A stretch of 64,000 nucleotides of DNA from Clostridiales bacterium. GTDB taxonomy: Bacteria; Bacillota; Clostridia; TANB77; CAG-508. Below the pieces are notes generated by a model. That model had not been told where the DNA came from, made no database searches, and was given only the letters and a program-made list of their open reading frames with translations. The translations under genes and the position numbers were made by a program. This document shows positions 17,904 through 28,206 of this stretch, in pieces. The DNA lies in NCBI GenBank assembly GCA_003525075.1, contig DQFO01000021.1, positions 48,255 through 112,254 on the forward strand. The letters run 5' to 3'. Numbering within the stretch: position 1 is the stretch's first letter; each line of letters begins with the position of its first letter.

Positions 17904-20900
17904 TCTTGGTTTAATAACATTAATCTCATTTTTACTAAGTCTTTTAAATTAATTTTTCCGTCAAAATTGCAGTCTGCAGCTAGCATTTCATTTTCATCTA
18001 AATTATTTCCATCTAAGAAATACTTTCTTATTTTTACTAAGTCTTTTAAATTTAATTTTCCGTCTTTATTCAAGTCTCCTGTAACTATGAGTGTATATTT
18101 ATCTCCTGCTGATGTTGTTAATATATCTCCTGTTGCAATACTATCTGTATTAGAAATTTCTTTTTCATTTCTTGCTATTTTATATGTTATTCCTAATTTT
18201 AGTTTATTATCAAAATCTGATTTTATAGTTTGTTCTGATATGTTTTTTATTATATTGTCTTGAATAATATAATTTTGATTATTGTTTTCCATTATTTGGA
18301 ATGATATTTGTGTTTTGTTTCCTGCTTTGTCTATTACAGTTAATGTGTAAAAGCCTTCTTCTGTTAATGTTGTTCCTGATTTAAAGTTCTTTACTTCTTC
18401 ACCATTTAAAATTAGTTTTATAGTATCTATGTTTTCATCTGTTATTGTTGGTGTTATTTTGCTTGTGTATAGTTTTCCGTCTACTACTCCATTTATTATT
18501 GGTGATGTTTTGTCAATGTTTGTTACTTTTGCTGTTATTTGTTTTGCTTGTCCTTTTATTGTATATTCAAATGTAAAGCTTCCGTTTTGATCAAATACGT
18601 ATTCTTTACTATTTGAGTTGTTTGTTATTTGTATTTCTGCATTTGTTTTTATTGTTGCTTTTACAGATTTATTTGTTATGTTTGTTTCTGAATATTCTAT
18701 TGTTACTGGATTTTGAGCAATATATTCATTTATATTATTGTTTATTTGAATACTTGCAAATTTATTAGCCCAATTTGCTAATAATTGTGCATGTAAATTA
18801 TTGCTTATTATTAAACCTGCTTTGATGTCATTTTGTTCTTCTAAACTGTTTATATAATCGGATTTTTCATAACACTCTTTACTGAATTGCAATATTTTTG
18901 TTGGATATATTATTTCTACATCTGTATTAGTATTTATTAAATTTTCTGTTTCATCTATTTTTTGTTTTGTTGTTGTTAATTCTGATGAATCAACATTTGC
19001 TTCATCTAATGTTTTCATTACACTATTTATTGTATTGTTCACACTAACTGTTACTAGATCTTCATATGAATTTCCTATATCATTTATCATATCTAGCATT
19101 GAACTTATTTTTACTGGTTCTGCTTTTAATTGTCCTTCTTCATATGCTTTTAATATTATATCTCCTAGTTCGTAATGTCTTTTCATTGCTGTTATTGCTG
19201 TATTTTGCATTAATTTTTGTGTGTTTGCTACTGATTGACTATAATTTTGTCTTTGGTTTATTTTCTCTTCAAAACCTGAAATTTGTAATATTTCTGTTGC
19301 GAATTTTTCTTTGAATTCATCATATTTACTTGTTGCAACATTTGATATTGCTTTATAAAAATAATTATAGTCTACATCATACAAATAGACTGGAGATGTT
19401 GTTATTGTTAATTTTCCGTTTTCGTCTGGTTGTATGTCTTTTCCATATAGGTCTTTTGCAGTAAAATCTTTATAATCTATTTGTATATTATTTGTACTGT
19501 TTTCTGACCATGTTATTATTATTGGCTTTCCGCCTTTGTCATATACATGTCCTTCTAGTCCTTCTGCTATGTTTACTGTTCCTATGTATTCAGCTCCATT
19601 TGTATTTTGAAGATAATTTTTCATTGCATAGTATGTTTTTTTGGGTAAATTTTTCTTATCTATTAAACCATACTGAGAATTATCAAAATCATCAATAAAA
19701 TTATAAAGAAATGAATAATCTATTCCTTGTTTTTCATTAGTTATTGTCTGCTCTATTATTCTTTCACCCCTAATATCTTCATTCTCAACAACTCTACTAT
19801 TTATTCCATACTCTGTTATATACAGTCTTTGAAATCCTCCAAGTTCATTAATTATACTTTTATGACTATTATTCTTATCCTTTAGCCATTTCATATTTTC
19901 AGAAGACGAATATACATGATACGAAAAAGCCTTTGAATTTACATATGCCCCATTATTGGCAATTTCTTGTATATATTGTTCAGATTTTTCAGTCTGATAT
20001 GGAGTTGCAGTTGCCCCTGAAACAACATTATTAAAATTCAAACAATTTACCTTTTGAACCATTAATGAATACCAATTCATTGCTTGATTAGAAAACCACT
20101 TTACATTAGGCTCATTCCAAATCTCAACTCCTATAATTTTATTTCCATAATATTTTTTTACTTCATTTGCATACTCTAAAAAATTTTTAAGTTCATTTTC
20201 ATTTGAAATCTGGTAATCATTTCCTAACCTTTTAGATGTATTATCAAATAAAATAACCAGAATGTTAATTCCACTACTTTTAATCTTTTCAAACCAATTG
20301 TCAATTTTTTCAAAATTATATTTTTTATTATTTTCTATTTGATTCCATTGAATCGAATTTCGTATATTTTTTATTCCTAAATTTCTTAACAATTCAAAAC
20401 TATTATTAATATCATCATATCCTTCAATATAATGTGTTCCTATTCCTATACATGATAATTCATCTAAAAACTGCTTTTCATATGGTTTAATAATATAAAC
20501 ATTTCGTAGAAACTCTACTTTTTTTTCATTATTCATATAAATATATATCTTTAGTTCTTTTTTTCCTTCATCGCTTTCTAAAATTTTAAATTGATTTTTG
20601 ACTTTTTTCAATTCTATTTCTTCTTTTAATGTTTCATCAAGAAATATTTTTGCCATATAACTATTTTCTGAATTATAGTTTTCTATGCTTATATAACCAT
20701 TAATTTCATTATTATATATTACTTCTTTTGTAGTTAACTCTATTGTATATATTATTTCCTCTGAAACAGTTTGATATAACTCAAAAATATTATAAACTTT
20801 TATTTTTTTTTCTTCATTTCCTTCCTCAATTGAAATATGTCCATTTAACACAAAGAAAAATAATGTTGGAAAAAACCAAACTATAGCAAATAGTATTATA

Positions 20901-21019
20901 ATTACTTTTATCATTTGTTTCTTATTTATCTTTCCTATTCCTAGTAAATCCATTTTTTTCCCTTCAATTAATAAAACTATCTTTGATATTATTATATATA
21001 TTTTTTTTATTTTTTTCAA
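17891..21019 (-). CDS. large secreted/membrane-anchored glycoside hydrolase (clan GH-A, GH39/PslG-like) with beta-rich middle domains and a C-terminal type-I dockerin
   Basis: The IGVEIWNEPNVKWF motif carries the clan GH-A acid/base 'NEP'. N-terminal TM. The C-terminus has two Ca-binding repeats, DLNKDGKLNLKD and DCNFDGKINLKD, typical of dockerin. Confidence 0.6.
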   Translation of the reverse strand: MKKIKKIYIIISKIVLLIEGKKMDLLGIGKINKKQMIKVIIILFAIVWFFPTLFFFVLNGHISIEEGNEEKKIKVYNIFELYQTVSEEIIYTIELTTKEVIYNNEINGYISIENYNSENSYMAKIFLDETLKEEIELKKVKNQFKILESDEGKKELKIYIYMNNEKKVEFLRNVYIIKPYEKQFLDELSCIGIGTHYIEGYDDINNSFELLRNLGIKNIRNSIQWNQIENNKKYNFEKIDNWFEKIKSSGINILVILFDNTSKRLGNDYQISNENELKNFLEYANEVKKYYGNKIIGVEIWNEPNVKWFSNQAMNWYSLMVQKVNCLNFNNVVSGATATPYQTEKSEQYIQEIANNGAYVNSKAFSYHVYSSSENMKWLKDKNNSHKSIINELGGFQRLYITEYGINSRVVENEDIRGERIIEQTITNEKQGIDYSFLYNFIDDFDNSQYGLIDKKNLPKKTYYAMKNYLQNTNGAEYIGTVNIAEGLEGHVYDKGGKPIIITWSENSTNNIQIDYKDFTAKDLYGKDIQPDENGKLTITTSPVYLYDVDYNYFYKAISNVATSKYDEFKEKFATEILQISGFEEKINQRQNYSQSVANTQKLMQNTAITAMKRHYELGDIILKAYEEGQLKAEPVKISSMLDMINDIGNSYEDLVTVSVNNTINSVMKTLDEANVDSSELTTTKQKIDETENLINTNTDVEIIYPTKILQFSKECYEKSDYINSLEEQNDIKAGLIISNNLHAQLLANWANKFASIQINNNINEYIAQNPVTIEYSETNITNKSVKATIKTNAEIQITNNSNSKEYVFDQNGSFTFEYTIKGQAKQITAKVTNIDKTSPIINGVVDGKLYTSKITPTITDENIDTIKLILNGEEVKNFKSGTTLTEEGFYTLTVIDKAGNKTQISFQIMENNNQNYIIQDNIIKNISEQTIKSDFDNKLKLGITYKIARNEKEISNTDSIATGDILTTSAGDKYTLIVTGDLNKDGKLNLKDLVKIRKYFLDGNNLDENEMLAADCNFDGKINLKDLVKMRLMLLNQDATK

Positions 21020-21027
21020 TACATGTT

Positions 21028-22440
21028 TTAATTTATATTTTTTACTTTTTTGCCTATAACTTTTTTAAATTCTATTAACAATTCTTTATTTACAATAATT
21101 GCATACAATATACATAAAAGCAAATTAATTACATTTAGGGCTATATTGTTGTATAAATATAATACTACTACTAATATAAATATAATAGAATTTACTACTA
21201 TATTTTTTATAGGAATTTTCACTTTCACATACTTTTGAACATCAATATATCTATATATAGCTAACAACATATAAGATACTAATGTTGATATTGCTGCTGC
21301 ATAAATACCAATAACTTTTATCAATGCTATATCTATAGTTAAATTTATTATTGCTGCTATCATTGTGGTTTTCGCTACTTCTTTTGTCATTTTCTTTGCA
21401 ACATAGATTGATCCTATTAATCCAATTAATACACTAAAAATATTGGCTAACAACAATATTGGTACATATTTATAGGCTTCTCGATATGAATCTTTTATTA
21501 AAAGTTCAAATACAAATGGTAAACATGCAAGTATTCCTATACAAAAACAAATAAATAGGTTAAAAACTTTATTTATTACATTCGAAAAAAATTCATCCTT
21601 ATCTGTATCATTAATATGTAATGCTGCTGATTCTTGCCATGATAAGTTAAATATATTAAATATACTTGATAATATATTTGAAAATTTACACGATACAGAA
21701 TATATTCCATTTGCTGCAACACCTAAAGCATACGAAATTATAGTTCTATCTGATACATGTACAATCCACCAAGATAACTCATTCGGTATCATAGGTATTG
21801 AATATTTTAGCAAATCCTTTATGAGTTTCTTATCTATATATTTTATCTTTACATTTTTTAAAATTTTATTAACTATTAATAAATATATTGTACAAATAAT
21901 ATTAGAAATTAAACTAGCTATTAAAACATATTTACCATTTTTATGAAATCCCACCAAGAAAATCAAGTTTAATACAATAGTAACAATTGCTGCAATTATG
22001 CTAGAAAATGAATATTGCTTATTTTTTCCTATTCCTCTAACTATTTGTAATAAAAATGTTAATACACTTAAAGAAATTAAATTCATTACAATTAATATAC
22101 TATACTTTATCGAAAATATCTTTACTGCAACCGCAAATAATATAGTTGATATTATAAGTTCTACAAACATTATAAATATACCATTTGTTATAATTTTATT
22201 TTTTTCTTCTTCGCTTTTTCTTGCATCTATTAAAAACCTAAATATCCCAGCATCAATTTTTAGTAAAATTAATGGAATAAAGAAAGTTAAATATGTTTGT
22301 ATTAAATCAATATATCCATAATCTTCTGTTGACAAAAAATGTGTATATAATGGCAATAACAATAATGTTATAAATTGCGTACAAAATTTTCCTATAAATA
22401 TAATTATTGTATTTTTCACTAATTCTTTATTTTTATTCAA
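21028..22440 (-). CDS. Wzx-type oligosaccharide flippase (MOP/PST family)
   Basis: About 12-14 TM helices with a PST-family N-terminus. Confidence 0.7.
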   Translation of the reverse strand: MNKNKELVKNTIIIFIGKFCTQFITLLLLPLYTHFLSTEDYGYIDLIQTYLTFFIPLILLKIDAGIFRFLIDARKSEEEKNKIITNGIFIMFVELIISTILFAVAVKIFSIKYSILIVMNLISLSVLTFLLQIVRGIGKNKQYSFSSIIAAIVTIVLNLIFLVGFHKNGKYVLIASLISNIICTIYLLIVNKILKNVKIKYIDKKLIKDLLKYSIPMIPNELSWWIVHVSDRTIISYALGVAANGIYSVSCKFSNILSSIFNIFNLSWQESAALHINDTDKDEFFSNVINKVFNLFICFCIGILACLPFVFELLIKDSYREAYKYVPILLLANIFSVLIGLIGSIYVAKKMTKEVAKTTMIAAIINLTIDIALIKVIGIYAAAISTLVSYMLLAIYRYIDVQKYVKVKIPIKNIVVNSIIFILVVVLYLYNNIALNVINLLLCILYAIIVNKELLIEFKKVIGKKVKNIN

Positions 22441-22450
22441 TTTATCTCTC

Positions 22451-23632
22451 CTACTTTTTATCTCTAATTTTTATTAATTTTTCTCTTATTTCTTTAGGAA
22501 ATATCCATGCAGTATCATTAAAAATTAAAGAAATCTTTCTTTTTAGTGGCATATTTTTTTCTCTAATATATTTCTTAACTGTATCATCATAACCAGCCAG
22601 AAAATAATTTTTCCAAAATTCATTATATAATTTATTTTTTTGAAAAGGTTTTCTCAAGCATTGATTACCTTTTGCCGCTTCTTCAAATGTTTTTTCAATA
22701 TAAACAATTCTTTCTTTTATTTTATAAAAATACTCTTCTCCAACCTTTGTATTTACCATAACCAATGATATTCCTTTTTCTGTATTTCTATTTTTAAAGC
22801 TTTCTGATATATATCCCCAAAAATCTGCTAATGTAATATCACTAACTCTATCTTTACCAGTATATTTACATTCACAACAAACCTCATTAGTAATATAGTC
22901 TTCTAAAAATGCTCTAATATACTCATCTTTGTATGTGGTATTAGAATATGAACTTCCATTTTTATAATCTATTTTCATACTAAATATTGTCCAACTTGGC
23001 TTTTTATATCTAAATTTTATGTTTGATATTTCATTACCATTATGCCTTTTCTTATACTCCTCAAATATCATTGGTGATGGAACTCCATGACACAAAACAT
23101 CCACTGTTATCAAATTATTATATTTTTTATTCAAAAAATTTTTTAATCCTGCTATTTGACATGCCACTCCACTAAATAAAACTTTTCTTCCTTCATCTAA
23201 ATATTTCTTTACTATTTTAAATGAATCACCAATATAACTTTGTACATATTTTGATCCTCTTGTTTTTTGTAAATCTTCTTTATTAGTTAATATTCCATGT
23301 ACAACCTTAAAATTTTCATCATATATAGCTCCTACTACAATTCCATCTTCTTCCAAAACTTTCTTTGCAATCTCTGAAAAAATACCTCCTGAAGTGCTTT
23401 CTTCTCTTTCTATTTCAGAATTACTCCAAGCAGCATATACTACTTTGTTTTCTTTTTTTTCAGCTAAATTATTCTGTGGACATGTTATAACACATTTCTT
23501 ACATTTTTTACATTTTTCTTCAATAATATGTGGTTCATAAAAACCTTTCTCATTTTGTATTATTTCTATTGCATTAAATGGACAAGCATTATAGCAAGCC
23601 ATACAACCTGTACATTTTTCAGTTATATTCAT
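22451..23632 (-). CDS. coenzyme F420 hydrogenase/dehydrogenase beta-subunit-like protein with 2x[4Fe-4S] ferredoxin domain (partner of a polysaccharide pyruvyl transferase)
   Basis: CxxCxxC...CP and CKKCKKCVITCP cluster motifs, followed by FrhB-like N- and C-terminal domains. Confidence 0.7.
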   Translation of the reverse strand: MNITEKCTGCMACYNACPFNAIEIIQNEKGFYEPHIIEEKCKKCKKCVITCPQNNLAEKKENKVVYAAWSNSEIEREESTSGGIFSEIAKKVLEEDGIVVGAIYDENFKVVHGILTNKEDLQKTRGSKYVQSYIGDSFKIVKKYLDEGRKVLFSGVACQIAGLKNFLNKKYNNLITVDVLCHGVPSPMIFEEYKKRHNGNEISNIKFRYKKPSWTIFSMKIDYKNGSSYSNTTYKDEYIRAFLEDYITNEVCCECKYTGKDRVSDITLADFWGYISESFKNRNTEKGISLVMVNTKVGEEYFYKIKERIVYIEKTFEEAAKGNQCLRKPFQKNKLYNEFWKNYFLAGYDDTVKKYIREKNMPLKRKISLIFNDTAWIFPKEIREKLIKIRDKK

Positions 23633-23643
23633 ATAATAATCAC

Positions 23644-24786
23644 CTATATTTCTTCAAATTTTTCTTTTAGTTTATCATAATAATGTGTTCTAAAATATTC
23701 TGGTAAAACTTTGTAATCTTTTTTGTTTCTATAAATATCTTCTGCTAATTTCTGAGCTTCTTCTAAAGATTGAGCAAAAAATATATATCCTTTAAATTCT
23801 TCCTTATCTTTAAACCAATCCACTCCTGAAGATAACTTATGATCTGTTGAATTAATTACAATAGTTGGTGTATTAGAAGCTAAACTAAATATCGTTCCAT
23901 GATATCGGTCGGTAATTACTACTTTATACTTAGAAAATTGTTCTATTGTATTTTCTATAATTGATTTTAACTCTTTCTTTAATTCTGTATATTTTGTTGA
24001 AATTGTTGTATCTATTCTATCAACTTTAGTAATCTTCTTTAATTCTGACATCATTTTATCTATATCTTCATTCTCATATAATTTTTCGCCATCTCTTCTC
24101 ATACAACATAAAATTCCTTCTCTTGGTGAATTAAATTGGTATGTTCCTATTAGTGATGTAACTATATCTGGATATAATTCCACACAATTATTCACGTAAC
24201 TTTTCTTAGCCATTTCATATGATTTTTTATCTCTCGCTAAAAATAACAGTCTTTTTCCTAATTTATATGCCTCCTTAGATTCTTCTAATTCTTTATCAGA
24301 TTTAAAATTAATTGTCTGTGGAAAAACCAATATTTTATTTTCAGAAAACATTTTTATTATTTTTCTGTGTGCATATTCTCCTTTTATATTAGCTACATCT
24401 GTTGTTCTATATCCACTTTGAAAAATGATTATATCTTCTTTATTTATAATTTTTTTTATAACTTTATTAATATTTAGAAAGTTAGAATTTATTAAAATAT
24501 CAGGCATTTCAATTACTTTAAAATTTGAATAGTTATTTGATAGCCACTTTGATATACAATAATATTGTGCTTGATCTCCTAAATTTGAATGTAATGGAAT
24601 TCCTACATATAATACCTTAGAATCTTCAGCTTTAACTGTCTTTAACTGTTTTTTTATTTTTTTATATTCTCTAAACTTTATTGGTATTCTTTTAATATAA
24701 CTCCATACACTTCCTATTTTTTTTAATATATTATATATCCATTCATTTTTCTGTTTTATTTTTCTTTTTATTTCATAAACTTCCAT
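23644..24786 (-). CDS. polysaccharide pyruvyl transferase family protein (CsaB/WcaK-like)
   Basis: LGDQAQYYCISKWL matches the PS_pyruv_trans N-terminal motif. Adjacent to the FrhB-like gene. Confidence 0.7.
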   Translation of the reverse strand: MEVYEIKRKIKQKNEWIYNILKKIGSVWSYIKRIPIKFREYKKIKKQLKTVKAEDSKVLYVGIPLHSNLGDQAQYYCISKWLSNNYSNFKVIEMPDILINSNFLNINKVIKKIINKEDIIIFQSGYRTTDVANIKGEYAHRKIIKMFSENKILVFPQTINFKSDKELEESKEAYKLGKRLLFLARDKKSYEMAKKSYVNNCVELYPDIVTSLIGTYQFNSPREGILCCMRRDGEKLYENEDIDKMMSELKKITKVDRIDTTISTKYTELKKELKSIIENTIEQFSKYKVVITDRYHGTIFSLASNTPTIVINSTDHKLSSGVDWFKDKEEFKGYIFFAQSLEEAQKLAEDIYRNKKDYKVLPEYFRTHYYDKLKEKFEEI

Positions 24787-24817
24787 TTTTATTTTATCCT
24801 TTCTAATTAAAGTACTT

Positions 24818-25879
24818 TTATAAATTCATAATCTTATATGGTACAACACCATACCACTCTGGTCTATATATCATTAATAATAACCAATACATAAAGAATC
24901 CTGTTGCAAATACAATTTTAAATTCATTTCTATTTTTTTTCATTGCTTTTAGCATATTTGGAATCCAAATAATTTGAAAAATAGAAAAATATGCTATAAA
25001 TCTATAAAAAATTCCTACTCTTATTGAGAGTACTGCAAAAATTATATTTATAATTATAATTTTTCTAAAAAAATCCATTCCACTAATTTCTTTATTTTTT
25101 AAAACATCGTTCCCAAAATATAACATTATAATTGGAATCATAGCCATAACTAATGAACCAAAGTAGTTAGAAACATCATACATTCCTCCCATATATTCCA
25201 ATATACGTGGTGAAAACTTTGCAATTAAAACTAAAATCTTTCTTCCCATTATAAACACTATTATAAATAATGGTAGTAAAAATTTATTATATTTCTTTTT
25301 ATATTTAAATCTACTTGCAAATAAATATAATATTCCTAAAATAGCTGAACCATGAAAACTCATTGCTAATAATATTTCCAAAAAATATTTTACATATTTT
25401 TTGGATTTTAAATTTTCAAATGCTAACAGTAGAAATCCTATTGCCACAGCTTGTCTCATAATGTTCATATATGAAAAATAAAAATTTAAAGTAATATATA
25501 AATATACACTATATACTAAATTATTTGAATTTCTATATATAAATCTTAATACACAAAAATTAATAAATGCAGATGTAATGAATATCAATATTTGTGGATC
25601 AGAACTTATTTTATTTAGCCCATAACATAATATTACAAATCCTTTTTCATAACGTTCATTAAATGCACTGTTTATAGAAGTGTATGTTCCTATTCTTTTA
25701 TATGCTCGATAGTATTGTTCTGTGTCTGTTCCTACATCTTTTGTTCTTATTCCAGCAACTATTGTAAGAATAACAAAGGTTATAATTATAAATATTTTTT
25801 TTGAATTTTCCTTTTTGTTCACACTTAGTAATAATCCAAATATTATTTCAAAAATAAGTACTATTATATAAATTGCCAT
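24818..25879 (-). CDS. EpsG-family / Wzy-type polysaccharide polymerase (polytopic membrane protein)
   Basis: About 10-11 TM helices. EpsG-like composition. Sits between a GT and a pyruvyl transferase. Confidence 0.55.
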   Translation of the reverse strand: MAIYIIVLIFEIIFGLLLSVNKKENSKKIFIIITFVILTIVAGIRTKDVGTDTEQYYRAYKRIGTYTSINSAFNERYEKGFVILCYGLNKISSDPQILIFITSAFINFCVLRFIYRNSNNLVYSVYLYITLNFYFSYMNIMRQAVAIGFLLLAFENLKSKKYVKYFLEILLAMSFHGSAILGILYLFASRFKYKKKYNKFLLPLFIIVFIMGRKILVLIAKFSPRILEYMGGMYDVSNYFGSLVMAMIPIIMLYFGNDVLKNKEISGMDFFRKIIIINIIFAVLSIRVGIFYRFIAYFSIFQIIWIPNMLKAMKKNRNEFKIVFATGFFMYWLLLMIYRPEWYGVVPYKIMNL

Positions 25880-26995
25880 TTATTCCTCCAAATTTACTAA
25901 ATCATTATATATTTTTTCTAACTTAATTGTTGCTTCTTCAATCTTATATCCTTTTTCTATCATTTCTGAAATTCTACTTTTTCTCTCTTTATTTTTTTGT
26001 TTCAATATTTCTTCTATCCAAATTTCTTTATTATCTATACTCAAAAAATTGGTAGTTTCTAATATCTTTGCTTCTTCTGTTACTTCATTAGAAAAAATAC
26101 ATGGTAAGTCTGCACACTGTGCTTCAACTCCAACAACTGGCAATCCTTCATATAATGAAGGTAGTACAAATAAATCTGAAGCATGCATATATTCATTTAC
26201 ATTTGTTATATTTTTCTTCATTATAATATTCTTTTCAATACCATAAGTTTTTATTTTTTCTCTTATTTTTTCCTCTAATGGTCCAGATCCAATTAATAAT
26301 AATTTATATTTATCACTTTTTTTCAATATTTCATTAAAAATATCTATTAAAAAGAATAAATTCTTTTGAGGAGCAAATCTTGCAACATTAATCAATAATA
26401 TCTCATTATCTTCTATTTTTTCTTGTTCCCTAATTTTTACTCTATTTGATAAATTAAATGTGAATTTTTCAACATCTATAGAATTAGAAATTATTGTATA
26501 TTTTTTATTTTTAAACATAAAATCACCAGCTAATTTAGAACACGCAAAATATGTATTTGCAAATTTTTTTGAGAATACTGAAAATATCGTATTTCTTATA
26601 TTATTTATGAATTTATCAGCATATTTTGTTGCATGACTATGCAATATCCTTGTTTTTATGCCATATTTTTTAGCATAATATAAATAAAATGCTCCCATAT
26701 TTAATACATGACAATGAATAATATCATATTTTGTTGCATTTTCTTTCAAAAAATTCTTTATTTTTCTTCTTACTTCAATAATATTTTTTATTCCCATTTT
26801 AGGAATATAATATATTTGACTTCCAGCATTTTTTATTTCATCATAATATACACTTTCTTCATTTGCTCCTGTTATAAAATCTATATGAAACTTATTTTTG
26901 TCTATATTTCTGAAATAATTCATAGCGTAACTCGCTACGCCATTACATAATCTTAATGATGGAACAATATATAGAATTCTTATTTTATCACTCAT
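25880..26995 (-). CDS. glycosyltransferase family 4 (GT-B, retaining)
   Basis: C-terminal EX7E region LPSLYEGLPVVGVEAQCADLPCIFSNEVTEE. Confidence 0.8.
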   Translation of the reverse strand: MSDKIRILYIVPSLRLCNGVASYAMNYFRNIDKNKFHIDFITGANEESVYYDEIKNAGSQIYYIPKMGIKNIIEVRRKIKNFLKENATKYDIIHCHVLNMGAFYLYYAKKYGIKTRILHSHATKYADKFINNIRNTIFSVFSKKFANTYFACSKLAGDFMFKNKKYTIISNSIDVEKFTFNLSNRVKIREQEKIEDNEILLINVARFAPQKNLFFLIDIFNEILKKSDKYKLLLIGSGPLEEKIREKIKTYGIEKNIIMKKNITNVNEYMHASDLFVLPSLYEGLPVVGVEAQCADLPCIFSNEVTEEAKILETTNFLSIDNKEIWIEEILKQKNKERKSRISEMIEKGYKIEEATIKLEKIYNDLVNLEE

Positions 26996-28194
26996 TTCTT
27001 CACCTGCTTAAAATATTTTTTATATAATACTTTTATTTGTTTCGGCATTATGTCTTTCAAAACATATTTTAGTTTGTTTTTATTTGCCAAATATTTTTTA
27101 GAATATTCCTCAAATGACATTTCATCTAATTGTTTATATATAATTTCTCTATTTTGTGGTCTTGTTGTAGGATGTTTTAAATTTCCGTTAAATTTAGTTA
27201 CTTGTTGTTCATTATATTGTCTATATTCAACAAGATTTTTTACTTTATTAAAAATTTTTTCACCTTTTATAGTATTAACAATTGCTAAAGATACTCCATT
27301 TTTGTCATAGAAGTCATAATCAAATTGTTCTATTCCCCATAAATCTCCTAAAGTAATGTCTCCAATTCTATCTAAATTTGCATATTTACATTCATAACAA
27401 CATTCTCTATTTACTTTTCCTTTTAAAAATGCCGTATAATATGGATCAAAATCTGCTTTCTTATATTTTATTTTGTTTTTAGTTTTTATTTCTGCACAAT
27501 ATCCCATTCCCCATGCAACTTTGCTCTTACTTCTAGCAGTATAACTAATTATTTTTTCTCTTAATTTTTTTTCTTCATTTTCTAAATATTTTTTAAATAT
27601 TTTCTGACTTGGTACACCATGGCATATAATATCTATTGTATAAAGATTTTCATAGTCTTTTTTTAAAAATTTTTTTAATCCTCCAATTTGACATGGTACA
27701 CCTATATATAATATTTTCTTTCCTTCTTCTAAAAATTCTTTTACTTGAGAAAATGTTTTTTTAGTATCACTTGTAACATATTTTGAGCCTCTTAATTGTT
27801 GCAATTCTTTTTTATCTTTTACGTATTTTTGATATGGCATTAAATTTTCATCATATGCACTTCCAAACACAATCCCATTTTCTTCTATAACCATTTTCGA
27901 TATAAGATATGCTATACCACCTGAAGTACTATTTTTTGCTATCTCTTTTTCTTTTGGTCTTACACCTAAGAATTTTCTTTCTTCTAAATTATTTTTATTA
28001 TAAAATCTATCAATTTGTCCACATGTTTTTTTACATAAACCACATTTTATGCATCTTTCTTCATCAACTTTTGGAGTTATAAATCCCTCATCATCTTCCT
28101 TCATACTAATTGCTTTTACTGGGCAAATTTGTTCACATGCTCTACAACCAGTACAGTCCTTTTTATTTAATATTTTTATAAATTTTTCTTCCAT
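26992..28194 (-). CDS. second F420H2-dehydrogenase beta-subunit-like 2x[4Fe-4S] protein
   Basis: CTGCRACEQICP and CIKCGLCKKTC motifs plus an FrhB-like body. Paralogous to 22451..23632. Confidence 0.7.
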   Translation of the reverse strand: MEEKFIKILNKKDCTGCRACEQICPVKAISMKEDDEGFITPKVDEERCIKCGLCKKTCGQIDRFYNKNNLEERKFLGVRPKEKEIAKNSTSGGIAYLISKMVIEENGIVFGSAYDENLMPYQKYVKDKKELQQLRGSKYVTSDTKKTFSQVKEFLEEGKKILYIGVPCQIGGLKKFLKKDYENLYTIDIICHGVPSQKIFKKYLENEEKKLREKIISYTARSKSKVAWGMGYCAEIKTKNKIKYKKADFDPYYTAFLKGKVNRECCYECKYANLDRIGDITLGDLWGIEQFDYDFYDKNGVSLAIVNTIKGEKIFNKVKNLVEYRQYNEQQVTKFNGNLKHPTTRPQNREIIYKQLDEMSFEEYSKKYLANKNKLKYVLKDIMPKQIKVLYKKYFKQVKK

Positions 28195-28206
28195 GTTTCC
28201 TCCATT

